From: Eledone cirrhosa
Lineage: Eukaryota
Length of the DNA: 64,000 nucleotides
Direction: 5' to 3'
NCBI GenBank assembly: GCA_964016885.1
Contig: OZ024747.1
Location: 79,918,001-79,982,000, forward strand
Shown here: in pieces, positions 25,501 to 37,438 of the stretch
How positions within the stretch are numbered: position 1 is the first letter of the stretch
Layout: each line of letters opens with the position of its first letter
Notes under the pieces: generated by a model
What the model saw: only the letters and a program-made list of their open reading frames with translations
Database searches by the model: none
Told to the model about the DNA's origin: nothing
Made by a program: the position numbers and the translations under genes

Positions 25501-26652
25501 TAAGAGAATAAAAATAAACAATTTTAGACCCTAGTAATGTATTTAGTCTGATAGTGTACCGTTTCTGTCAGTTCACTGGTTCTTTTAGTTCTAATCATGT
25601 TGGAACTCTACATAGTTTCAATTATGTTAAGATAACAGACTTTGAACAAATCATCACTTTTAAGAAGAAAAACAACATATATAAAAATCTATAGAACATA
25701 TATATAAAAGAAACTTTATATGATAAACGCTGGAAGTATCCTAGATATTAAAAGAGACTCTGCGTATCAAAGATATTATTCTTTTCGAATGAACAAATTG
25801 TTGTCGACGAATCATTACATAATGAATATATTTTGCATGAGATATTTATACATCATCAAAGCTGAATGATCGTTCGCACATATATCACACAAAGATAACT
25901 GTACTGCAAAGAAATTTTACAGAGCGGGTGCCAACAATTAGATCAATGAGTTAAGTCAAAAGGTGAACACCTTAATATAATTTATTAGCTCTCTCTCTGA
26001 ACTCACGTCAAAACATTGGTGTTCAGTTACGAGGAAAAACAGGGAAAAAAAGTTATGAAACGAATATATAGAACATAATCAAACAATGACTACAGCAACA
26101 GAACCAACATCAGCATCAACAGCAGAAGCATCCCCATCAGCAGCAGTAACAGCCGCAATTGCAACTTAGTTCCGTTACAGAAGGCTTAACTTAATTTACT
26201 TACACAGTAGCATCCAATGAGAGGAACGTATGAACGTATAGGGTATTTATAAACACTTTCATGGGTCAAATGTTTAGTGGTTTCGTTGTTTAGTTAGTTT
26301 AACCATTATGGTACTTTACTGAAAGCTTGTGGCTGGTCTATGGTCCTTAAATATTTATAAAAATTAGTGCTACACAAAAACCATTCCAGTTGATCACCAG
26401 CCACTTCATGGAATCAGAAATCGATTCCTAGATTCATGCTGTAATAACGATCGCATTTTATTTCTTCTATCGTACCGTTCCGCATATCAGTAAATCATAC
26501 CTCTGTGAAGTATATATCGCAGTGTATATCATTGAACTACATCTCCTAGGAATCTATATCTCCAACCATATCACTGAACTTATATCTGTGAAGCATATAT
26601 CACTGAATGGTATTTGATATCGTTGCATACAGAGACAGACATACACACAGAG

Positions 26653-26754
<102 letters not shown>

Positions 26755-26922
26755 CTGAACAGAAAGGAAAAACGAACACAGACATATATATATGTGTTCA
26801 AATCGTAATGGACCAAAATCGGTAAGGTGAAAAAAATACTAACTACAGACAATAGGGTTTGTTAGACTCAATTTAAGAATAAATTAAGAAAAATAAATAC
26901 AAACCAGTATTGTGGTAACTAC

Positions 26923-27009
26923 CATCACCCAGACGGTCTTTGATAGAACCGTTTCGCAATATTATTTGTGAAGAGATATACCAAATTCCAGGCTCATCAG
27001 TGGGTGATG
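26923..27009 (-). ncRNA. Full type I hammerhead ribozyme
   Basis: Minus: CATCACCCA-CTGATGA-GC..GC-GAAACGGT..ACCGTC-TGGGTGATG; 9-bp stem I, 5-bp stem III, GUC site; island 26753-27172 is TA-flanked. Confidence 0.85.
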
Positions 27010-27170
27010 AAATGAGTATCCTCCTCACTTCTAAGTGAAATAGAAAACTGGAAAATGTGTGTATATATATATAACGCACATGGTTCCCGAACTTGGCGTG
27101 TCGCGCATACTTACGCCACTAAAAATAGCAGCCGGGTCTACACGACATTTGAAATAGGTCTACGAATTAA

Positions 27171-27296
<126 letters not shown>

Positions 27297-27302
27297 AAAA
27301 AA

Positions 27303-27419
<117 letters not shown>

Positions 27420-29746
27420 TGATATCTGTGAAAGTGTGTTGGCATGTGTATACCAGAGGAAGAGAATGCTCAATACATATTACAGAAATATTTTATTTAT
27501 TCTTTTAAATTGAGAATTAAGTAACATTTTATTTGTTAAAGAATAGTTTCTGAAAGATAGGGAGCACATTCTCCTTAAAGCTTTATTCTGAGTGCTTGAA
27601 TCTAGCCCCACATGTTAAGCTTACAGTATAACTGTTGCTTACATCGGTGAGTTGTTCCTATCTCTTGGAAAATATTTAATGTTTGATGGACTGGGCCATT
27701 TAGGACTTAACTACTTTAGTCACAGACAATGATAAGATACGAATATTTCAGGTGAATGTCCGTTATTCAATTACATCTGCCCTCTTGTGTTTAAATGAGA
27801 TATTTTAGCCTAATAACCCAAAATATATTTCAATTTCTATCAAGCTGCTGGCCGAACTGTTCTGAATTCAAATTACCTCATTAATATATTCTGTCTCCGG
27901 TAGATTATAGAACGGTTAGTTCAGTCCACGAAACTAAAAACAAAAACAAAACAAACAAACAACAACAACAACGTCACTCGGAAAAGTTTCGTAAAAAGAA
28001 CTCCTTTATTCCAAAGATATATAATATCTCGTATGTCAGGTTTTGTGTTTTGGCAATACAAGAGAGCCAAGAAAAATACCTGAGCTCGAAATCGAATATA
28101 TATGACAGGCTTTGTTCACCAGAAGCTTACACCTGTCTATGCTTGCAACATTTGTCAAAAGAAATTCTATTTTGTTTCTATTTTCTATTCCTTTTTAAAA
28201 CAGACTGATAATTAGACTGTTGTGGGTCTTGCATTGTAATTTCTATACCGTAAAGTAAGCGAGAGATATATTTTCATCTGCATAGGATGCTATTGAATCG
28301 TTTATGGAGAGCTGTTACCTAATTCTCAAGTAACATGTGTTTGCACAAAGAGAAATTGGTACCGAAGATACCTTTGATCGTTTGTCAAACTATAAATTAT
28401 CACTCCGATATCAAATTGTTATTTCCACTATCCCAATAGGTGATTATTTGGCCCCTGTCAATCAGAGTCGATATAATTTGTTAAGCATGATTCGATTTTA
28501 ATCATAAAATCCCACACGTAAAACGTGTTAAACGAATGTACCATTATTGGCATTCCCCAATGCTTATCTATCGATATACATTGAACAGTAACAAATATAT
28601 GTTTCCATTACTCTATTTCCATATAATAATCTTGAATATGTCTTCTCTTGTTGAAGGAATATAATCACAATAAATTGAATTGAATTGAATAAGTATTCTT
28701 TATCAAAAATACGGTTTTCCTAAAGAACTATCAAACTAATACATTCTTCTCTGATGAACAGATGTTTCCATTCACAAGAAAACTTGAGCCAAACTGTATT
28801 GTTAACATCTGAATGAACCTTAACAGAGTATAGTAGATGGGTAAAACAGTTATCTAGACTGTATAAATCGCTCGGATACATAGATATTATTTCTGGTTGC
28901 ACGCATCTGATTCCATTTTATCTTCAGAGTACAAACCATTTTAATCTATAGCAGTTCTTCATTCTGAATTAGGAACCAAACATTCACCATTGTGGATAAT
29001 TATTCTTAGGCTTAGGATAGTGCACCTGATTTTCTTAACTCGTCCGACTGCGTTCAGGAAAAGAATTTTATTCTTTCTTTCATTTCTATTATCTTCAAAT
29101 CATGATTTGTAATCGTGCTATTTCGTAACTTCGACGCTTTCCCTTCCTATTGTTGCAATGGACTCTACTTCCTCGACTTTATAAATTTCGAGCCTTTCAT
29201 GATACTATTCGAAGGTGTTAAATTGTCAGATTCATTAGAAAGCCGAGTATTTGCAGTTTCGTTTCCGTTTGAATTCAAATTTCACCGAGGTCAACTTTTA
29301 TTTTCATCATTTCGAAGTAGATAAAAAAAAGTAGCTGTCCAGTACGGGAGTCGATTCTTATATACCTCCTTCTCACTACTTCTCTATCACTATCTCTTCT
29401 ATTCCAGGAGAAATCGGCTTTGTTCAAACATGGAGAGAGGATGGGCTTCACCAGGTTTTAAAATATCCATACGACTACATCAGAAGGTATGGAGCAATAC
29501 ATAAATATATAGTAACTACTCACTCTATGTACGTTTTTGTTTGTCCCCATCTGCAATAAGTGTCTACACACAAAAATCATGCAAACCTTTTGTTACTTCA
29601 AAACTCTTTTTCTGACCTTGCATATCTTTATAAGAATATATATTTCTTGAATGAAGGCATACATTTATTAATTTCATGGACCTGGCTCCTCTTCATAGCA
29701 CAGTAACATAGTAACTTGGATCTAAGTTGAGTATTACTTTCAAAGG

Positions 29747-29794
<48 letters not shown>

Positions 29795-29899
29795 AGCATC
29801 AAGTTGACGCTGAACACACAGACTAACCAACTGAATTTAAACTCCACTTCTGAATTACTGGTATTATATCTGGTGTTGTTCTCATGCTTTCTAGCATGG

Positions 29900-30258
29900 T
29901 TACGTCCCTTTACGATCTGAGTTCAAATCCCGCCGAGGTTGACTTTGCCTTTCATCCTTACGGGTTCAATAAAATAAAGCACCAGTAACGTACTGGAGTC
30001 GATTTAATCGACTTTCCTCTCCCCCCAAATTACTGGCCTTCTGCCTATACTAGAAATCATTATATCTGCTGTTGTTCTGGCAGTATCAATAGAAGGTCGG
30101 ACGCCATGCTTTGACGCATAGAGTTACGGCCCTTTGCATTCTGAGTTCAAATCCCGGGGAGGTTAACTTGTCTTTCATTTTTACGTTGTCGATAAAATAA
30201 AGTACCAGAAATGTACTGGATTATTACTGGCCTTGTGCCAAAAAGTAGAAACCATTAT
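29900..30258 (+). mobile_element. Two tandem SINE family A copies
   Basis: GAGTTCAAATCCCG..GAGGTT.ACTT..CTTTCAT..ATAAAATAAAG.ACCAG occurs twice. Confidence 0.8.
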
Positions 30259-30596
30259 ATCTATGAAACTGTTTTATCATTAGATGTGTATTCAGCTATT
30301 TTATTTAATAGAAAACAGATATAAGTAGAGTAGACGTTTCCCTGGGTAAAATGGTTTCGCTTAAAAGAGATAATGATATTTTCTTTTAATCTTATTCTAT
30401 TATTCTTTTCAGTAATTAGACTGTAGCCATGCTGGATATTACTTTCAAGAATATAGTTAATTACGTTGGACCCAATATTTACTACCTGATCCTAATTTTA
30501 TCGATCTTGGAGGGGTCTCATTTCATAAAAAAATATAGTTCCCCATTAACTCTTTTCATTATCCAAACAAATGAATATATAATTCCATATACTCTT

Positions 30597-31150
30597 ACAC
30601 ACACATACACGTATACATACACAAACATGCACACACATACACGTATACATACACAAACATACACACAGATACACTATACATACGCAAATATACACACACA
30701 TACATGTACATATAGGCAAACATACACACACATGCACGTATACATACACAAGCATACACACACATACACGTATACATACACAAACATGCACACACATACA
30801 TGTATACATACACAAACATACACACGCATACACGTATACATAGGCAAACATACACACGCATACACGTATACATAGGCAAACATACACACACATACATGTA
30901 CACATAGGCAAACATACACACGCATACACGTATACATAGGCAAACATACACACACATACATGTACACATAGGCAAACATACACACACATACGTGTACACA
31001 TAGGCAAACATACGCACACATACACGTATACATAGGCAAACATATACACACATACACGTATACATAGGCAAACATACACACACATACACGTATGCATAGG
31101 CAAACATACACACACATACACGTATACATAGGCAAACATACACACACACA
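30597..31150. repeat. 32-bp CA-derived minisatellite
   Basis: CATACACGTATACATAGGCAAACATACACACA period. Confidence 0.85.
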
Positions 31151-31957
31151 TATTTCTCTTTATTTCTCTCTCACACAGACACCAATCCTGTATAGGAAAA
31201 TATAAGAAAATCATTTATTTTCAGTGCAGCATAAACTTTTATAGCGAGGTTAGTGTGTAAATTCCTTAAGTAAGTTTTCAAGTGAAGGACCAACTATAAA
31301 TGATGACGTCATTAATATTAGCGGGTGGTGGACATCATTCATCATTACAGCTTTTCTTTTTCCGTATTACTAATCTAATCTATTCAACGTTTTCCCCCCC
31401 TTCATTCATTGATATTCTCTTTTTAGACAAGGAAGAAAAATTTTGACACGAGAACAGTTTCTTGTTCTTTTGTTGGAGTTATTTACTAGAAAATCGATTC
31501 CATCTTCCTTCTATATTCAATACTTTGATTCATTTAAGCAACTTTGTTTTCACACAATGCGAGCCACTGGTGAAATCGTACAATATCACAAGAAGACTGG
31601 TGAATCCGACTAGAAAATATATATATCAAATTAAGGAAAAAAAAAAATAATAAAATAAAATAAAATAAAATAAAAATAAAATAAAAAAAGGAGAAAAAAA
31701 AAGGAATACAAATTGAAAAATTAAACAAAAATGTTAGATTACTACTCTTTATTGTCTTTAGTTGTATATTTTTTCTCCTTAGTTTTTGCTAATTTTCAAG
31801 ATTTGCGTTTCAGTTGAAAACTTTGTTGTTTTCACGTTTTGAGTCTATATTGAAACATAGTCTGTCTAACACCCCCCCCCACATGTATACACATTAATTA
31901 GGTTGGTTGAGCACATATATCACATAGATATTATAGATATTATATATAAAGCACGCA

Positions 31958-31964
<7 letters not shown>

Positions 31965-32009
<45 letters not shown>

Positions 32010-32056
32010 ATATATATATGTATATATATATATGTATATATGTATATATATATATG

Positions 32057-32151
<95 letters not shown>

Positions 32152-32316
32152 GTATATATATGTATATATATGTATATATATATATGTGTGTATATATATA
32201 TATATATATGTGTATATATATATATATATATATGTGTATATATATATATATATATATGTGTGTATATATATATGTATATATATATATGTATATGTATATA
32301 TATATATGTATATATG

Positions 32317-32367
<51 letters not shown>

Positions 32368-32733
32368 GTATATATAAATATGTATATATTTGTATATATA
32401 TATATGTATATATATATATGTATATATTTGTATGTATATATTTGTATATATATATTTGTATATATATATATGTATATATATATATATGTATATATATATA
32501 TGTATATATATATGTATATATATATATGTATATATATATGTATATATATATATATGTATATATATATGTATATATATATGTATATATATATATGTATATA
32601 TATATATGTATATATGTATATATATATATGTATATATATATATGTATATATGTATATATATATGTATATATATATGTATATATATATGTATATATGTATA
32701 TATATATATGTATATATGTATATATGTATATAT
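31965..32733. repeat. (TA)n array with G interruptions
   Basis: Left flank of the PLE. Confidence 0.95.
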
Positions 32734-32952
32734 ATATTTCGTTTCTGAATTTGTTTAGCAAGATTCTTTATCTGAAATCGTGTGTTGAAACCGATATTGT
32801 TATACTTTGGGAGGGTCATGTTGCCAATAAGAAACACACGCACCAGTTGCTTTCACTTCAATTTAATTTATTATATATTTATAAATTTACAAATTTATAA
32901 ATTTCTGGTTGGTTGGTTGGTTCCACAACCAGATAGTTGTTTATATATATAT

Positions 32953-32997
32953 AGTCATAGTTCTTTCGTCACGCACTCTGTGACCTCTTCAGTGACT
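32953..32997 (-). ncRNA. Minimal hammerhead in the inverted pLTR
   Basis: Reverse complement of 40445-40489 with one loop substitution. Confidence 0.75.
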
Positions 32998-33294
32998 GGG
33001 GATTTCTTTCTTCGTTTCTGTGCCTTTCCTTTCTTCTATCCTACGCCATTTTGTTTGTGTGTGGGTTGCGTGCTCAGTTTGCGCATGCGCCAGATCCGGG
33101 TGTCTGTGTGTGTTTGTGTTCATTTTTCTATTTTTCTATTTATATTTGTTTGTTTATTTATTTATTTATTGTTGGTTGGTTGTTTGTTCTATGTGTGTGT
33201 GTGTTTTCATTTTGTCTTGTGTGTGTTTTCATTTTGTGTGTGTTTTCAATTGTAAGTTGTTTGTTCTATGTGTGTGTGTGTTTTCATTTTGTCC

Positions 33295-35568
33295 TTAATT
33301 GTAAGTTGTGATGTTGCTGTTCCACTCATATTTTCTATTTAATTTTGGTTTTAATTCTTTTATGCTTACTGCCTCTGTAATTTGCCTAAACATTGCGTCT
33401 TTCTTGTGTGTGGATTCTATTTTTATTTCTATGCTCTCTAATTTACCCCTGTGTTCTATCTTAGCATGTTGGTAGAGCACAGATGATTCTTTACTATCTT
33501 GGAGGTCTCGCCAGTGTTCATTTATTCGTTCCCCTATACTACGAGCTGTCTCACCTATGTACACTATATTTTTGTTTCTACATTGTCCTTCAGTACATCT
33601 TATGCTATATACTACATTTCTAGTTTTACAGTTAATATGGGGGCTTATTTTACAGGTTATACATTTCCTATCTATACATGAGGGTCTTTGGAACGGGTAT
33701 GTCTTGCTAATAAGTGTTTTTACGGAGGTACCAGGTCTTTCTACTATCTTAATATTGAGATTATGTTTCTTTAGGGCCCTTCTAAATTTGTAGGCTAGTT
33801 CGCCTCTAGGGGTTGTATTGATGAACATTACACTCTGGTATTTATTGCTATCATACCATGAGTTTATTCTATTGGCCTTGTTCTTAGTTCTTTCTATTCT
33901 ATTCCAAAATTTGCTCCTATACAAGGGGCAGGTCCCATTTATGTCATTATTTACCATTTTTTCCCATTTGGTTCTGGCTCCTTTATACACTCTGATTCTA
34001 TCTCTCTGATTGTAGCCAGAGAACTGCATACGGTGGATGAAGTGTTGTATGTGTCTCTCTAGTTCTTCGGGGTTGCACATGCGGGACACATTTCTCATCA
34101 CCCGTACCAAATCCGCAATCAGTATGTTGATTTTGGTATGGTCCGAAATGGCCGAGTTTCGGTGGATCAGATGTTTGGAAGTCATGGGTTTGGCATAATG
34201 GGAATGGAGGATTTGTTTTTGGTTGTTAATAGTATCTAACCAGAGCTCTGTGTCTAGTACAGGTAATCGATGGTTGGGGTGTCTACTTGGGTAGTCTATA
34301 GTAACTCTAATGCTCTGGTGGATGGAGTTTGCTATTTGCTGGATGCTTTCCATTGTGTTTTTCTCTGGTTCCTGACTGTTCTTTAGTGGGGGTGTCTTAA
34401 CTACGATGTTTATATCATCTACGTAGCGGGAGTACATTATCAGGGTTAAGCTGTCTTCTAATTGTTCATTAAGTTTTTGTTTAAGTCTACTGTCCCACCA
34501 TACCATGAATAAGTTAGCTATGTCGCCTGCAATGCTAACACCAATGGCTGCTCCTTCCTCTTGGGCATATGTTTTACCATTAAATTTGAACATATGTTCC
34601 TTAAGGGTTAATTTTATGCTGGCCCCTACCGCATGTGCAATCATTTTCTTCAGTTCATCGTGGTTTTCGGGTGTCCGTATGGCTCTGGTCCACCCGTTCC
34701 ATCTATCTGTGTGGGTTTTCTTGGCCATTGAGGTAATGGTAGGTGGTCTGCCTCTTGCTGGTCTTGTAGGGCACAGGTTGCTAAGGTTGTAAGTGTCTAG
34801 GTAACTATTACTATGGGTAAGCTTAAGTAGAAGTCCCAGCTCACTGGTATCAATCCCACGGAACTCAACCTTGCTCTCGCTGATCATTTCGACGCATTTC
34901 TCCACAGCAAAATCCACGTCAATAGATGGATACAGGGACACAACATCCATACTGCCTATTATGCAGTTTGTTAGGTCCCCAGATCGGTTACCCGCGCCGA
35001 TTCTGCTGAGGAGGTCCTCCGTGCTGTCACACACATCTGGGGACATCTCAATGATGGGGCGTATGATCAGGGAGAGGAAGTAGGACAGTCTGTAGTTACT
35101 AGCAATGTTAGCCCCACAGACTGGCCGTGTTGGTGGTCCCGCGACAGGGTCCCAGCCCGTTTTATGGTCTTTTCGAAGCCCATACAACGCCGGCACGTCA
35201 TTGTTCCAGGCCTGGAAGTTGTTGGCAGTCCTTTTGTTGGGCTGCATTATATTTGTCCACATCACCATATGGGCATTGAGGGTTTTTTCTCTATCCTCAT
35301 GCTCCTGTGGTGTTACCTCTCTTGTGTTAGTGATGTGGGGTTGCATTGCCTGGATGTAGTTTGGCAGGCTGTCAACCGACATTCTGCCAGACTTGTCTGT
35401 TGGAAAGCATGCTATCTCTCCATTACGCGAGCGCTGCATGAGCTTACGCAAGCCATTTGCAGATTCTTCTCCCAGTTGCTGGGCCTCTATTCTATTATGC
35501 TTCTTGCTATACTGTTCTATAATATTTCTAAGTTCGGATTTAGCTATCCTAAATTGTGCTTCTGTTTG
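33295..35568 (-). pseudogene. 5'-truncated inverted copy of the PLE RT-GIY-YIG ORF
   Basis: Nearly identical to 37874-40147; the N-terminus of ORF 33295-35673 is a junction artefact. Confidence 0.9.
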
Positions 35569-36158
35569 GACAATGTAGAAACAAAAATATAGTGTACATA
35601 GGTGAGACAGCTCGTAGTATAGGGGAACGAATAAATGAACACTGGCGAGACCTCCAAGATAGTAAAGAATCATCTGTGCTCTACCAACATGCTAAGATAG
35701 AACACAGGGGTAAATTAGAGAGCATAGAAATAAAAATAGAATCCACACACAAGAAAGACGCAATGTTTAGGCAAATTACAGAGGCAGTAAGCATAAAAGA
35801 ATTAAAACCAAAATTAAATAGAAAATATGAGTGGAACAGCAACATCACAACCTACAATTAATGACAAAATGAAAACACACACACACATAGAACAAACAAC
35901 TTACAATTGAAAACACACACAAAATGAAAACACACACAAGACAAAATGAAAACACACACACACATAGAACAAACAACCAACCAACAATAAATAAATAAAT
36001 AAACAAACAAATATAAATAGAAAAATAGAAAAATGAACACAAACACACACAGACACCCGGATGTGGCGCATGCGCAAACTGAGCACGCAACCCACACACA
36101 AACAAAATGGCGTAGGATAGAAGAAAGGAAAGGCACAGAAACGAAGAAAGAAATCCCC

Positions 36159-36209
36159 AGTCACTGAAGAGGTCACAGAGTGTGTGACGAAAGAACTATA
36201 ACTATGACT
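36159..36209 (+). ncRNA. Hammerhead in the 5' pLTR with a 6-nt loop III duplication
   Basis: AGTCA-CTGAAGA-G-GTCACA..TGTGAC-GAAAG-AACTATAA-CTA-TGACT. Confidence 0.75.
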
Positions 36210-36342
36210 ATATATATATAAACAACTATCTGGTTGTGGAACCAACCAACCAACCAGAAATTTATAAATTTGTAAATTTATAAATATATAATAAATTAAA
36301 TTGAAGTGAAAGCAACTGGTGCGTGTGTTTCTTATTGGCAAC

Positions 36343-37164
36343 ATGACCCTCCCAAAGTATAACAATATCGGTTTCAACACACGATTTCAGATAAAGAATC
36401 TTGCTAAACAAATTCAGAAACGAAATATCGTAAGCCTTAGCCAGGCTAACAAGATACTGAAAACCACCATGTTCTGTTGTCTACGAAAAACCATAACATC
36501 TCGACAACTACACTTCATAAAACTGTGCACCACTTCTAGAATCTACACCAACACCACCAATACCGACGTTAGAAGATTACAACTCACCAAAAAACAAGCA
36601 GATAGGCTAAAACGAACTTTAATTCTAAACATAAAAAAGAAGATCTATAGAGAATTAAGTCATCAAGAAAAACTAAAGCGTAACCTAATAGATGAAATAT
36701 CTAAAATCACCACACCAGCAGAAAAACTAACATTTATAAGCCTTATACGCCCCGAAGAACAGTACATTACTCAAGAATGTAATAAGCACTTTAACAGAAA
36801 ATTAAAGTGGCTTAAACAGGCAAAGCTAAATCGGGATACTATAGAGTATACCAATAGATATCCCGACAAAATTGACGGTATCAACATGGCCGACACCTCA
36901 TTATCTGAAGAGTTCAACAATGAAAATACCAACATTTATGGAAACACGGAAATAGATAATAATGAAATGTCTGTGTTACGTCTGCCACCCAAATTTGCGA
37001 CATTCAAGAAGGTAAATATGATTAGTTGTCTGTCAGAAATAGAAAAATCATTTACGAAACTACGCTGGAGCATCAAAAAACAAAAACAAAAGCAACAATA
37101 TACGCACACACATATACAACACACATCCCAACAACAACAGACACACAGACACAAACAACAATAA
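36343..37164 (+). CDS. PLE polyprotein N-terminal segment
   Basis: ATG 36343 (MTLPKYNN) is conserved in the diverged copy at 23843; VLRLPPKFA resembles the PLE N-terminal LGPKF-type motif. Confidence 0.7.
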   Translation: MTLPKYNNIGFNTRFQIKNLAKQIQKRNIVSLSQANKILKTTMFCCLRKTITSRQLHFIKLCTTSRIYTNTTNTDVRRLQLTKKQADRLKRTLILNIKKKIYRELSHQEKLKRNLIDEISKITTPAEKLTFISLIRPEEQYITQECNKHFNRKLKWLKQAKLNRDTIEYTNRYPDKIDGINMADTSLSEEFNNENTNIYGNTEIDNNEMSVLRLPPKFATFKKVNMISCLSEIEKSFTKLRWSIKKQKQKQQYTHTHIQHTSQQQQTHRHKQQ

Positions 37165-37438
37165 CAACAACAATAGCAACATACCCAGATACAACAACAA
37201 CAATAGCAACATACCCAGATACAACAGACACGCAGACACAAACAACAATAACAACACACACGGAGACAACAATAACAACAACACACACATCAAAAACAAC
37301 AACAATAGCAACATACCCAGATACAACAACAACAGACACGCAAACACAAACAACAATAACAACACACACAACAACGATAACACACACACACACGGAGACA
37401 ACAACAACACACATCAACAACAACAACACACGCATTCA

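Noticed and set aside
27500-29700. Possible host exons or a decayed integrase in complex AT-rich sequence
   Set aside because: Stops in the frames I read and no convincing motif; BLASTX and RNA-seq would be needed
35556-35861. Stand-alone GIY-YIG ORF of 101 aa
   Set aside because: It is the ORF 3' end contained within the 5' pLTR duplication; the start comes from the inversion junction
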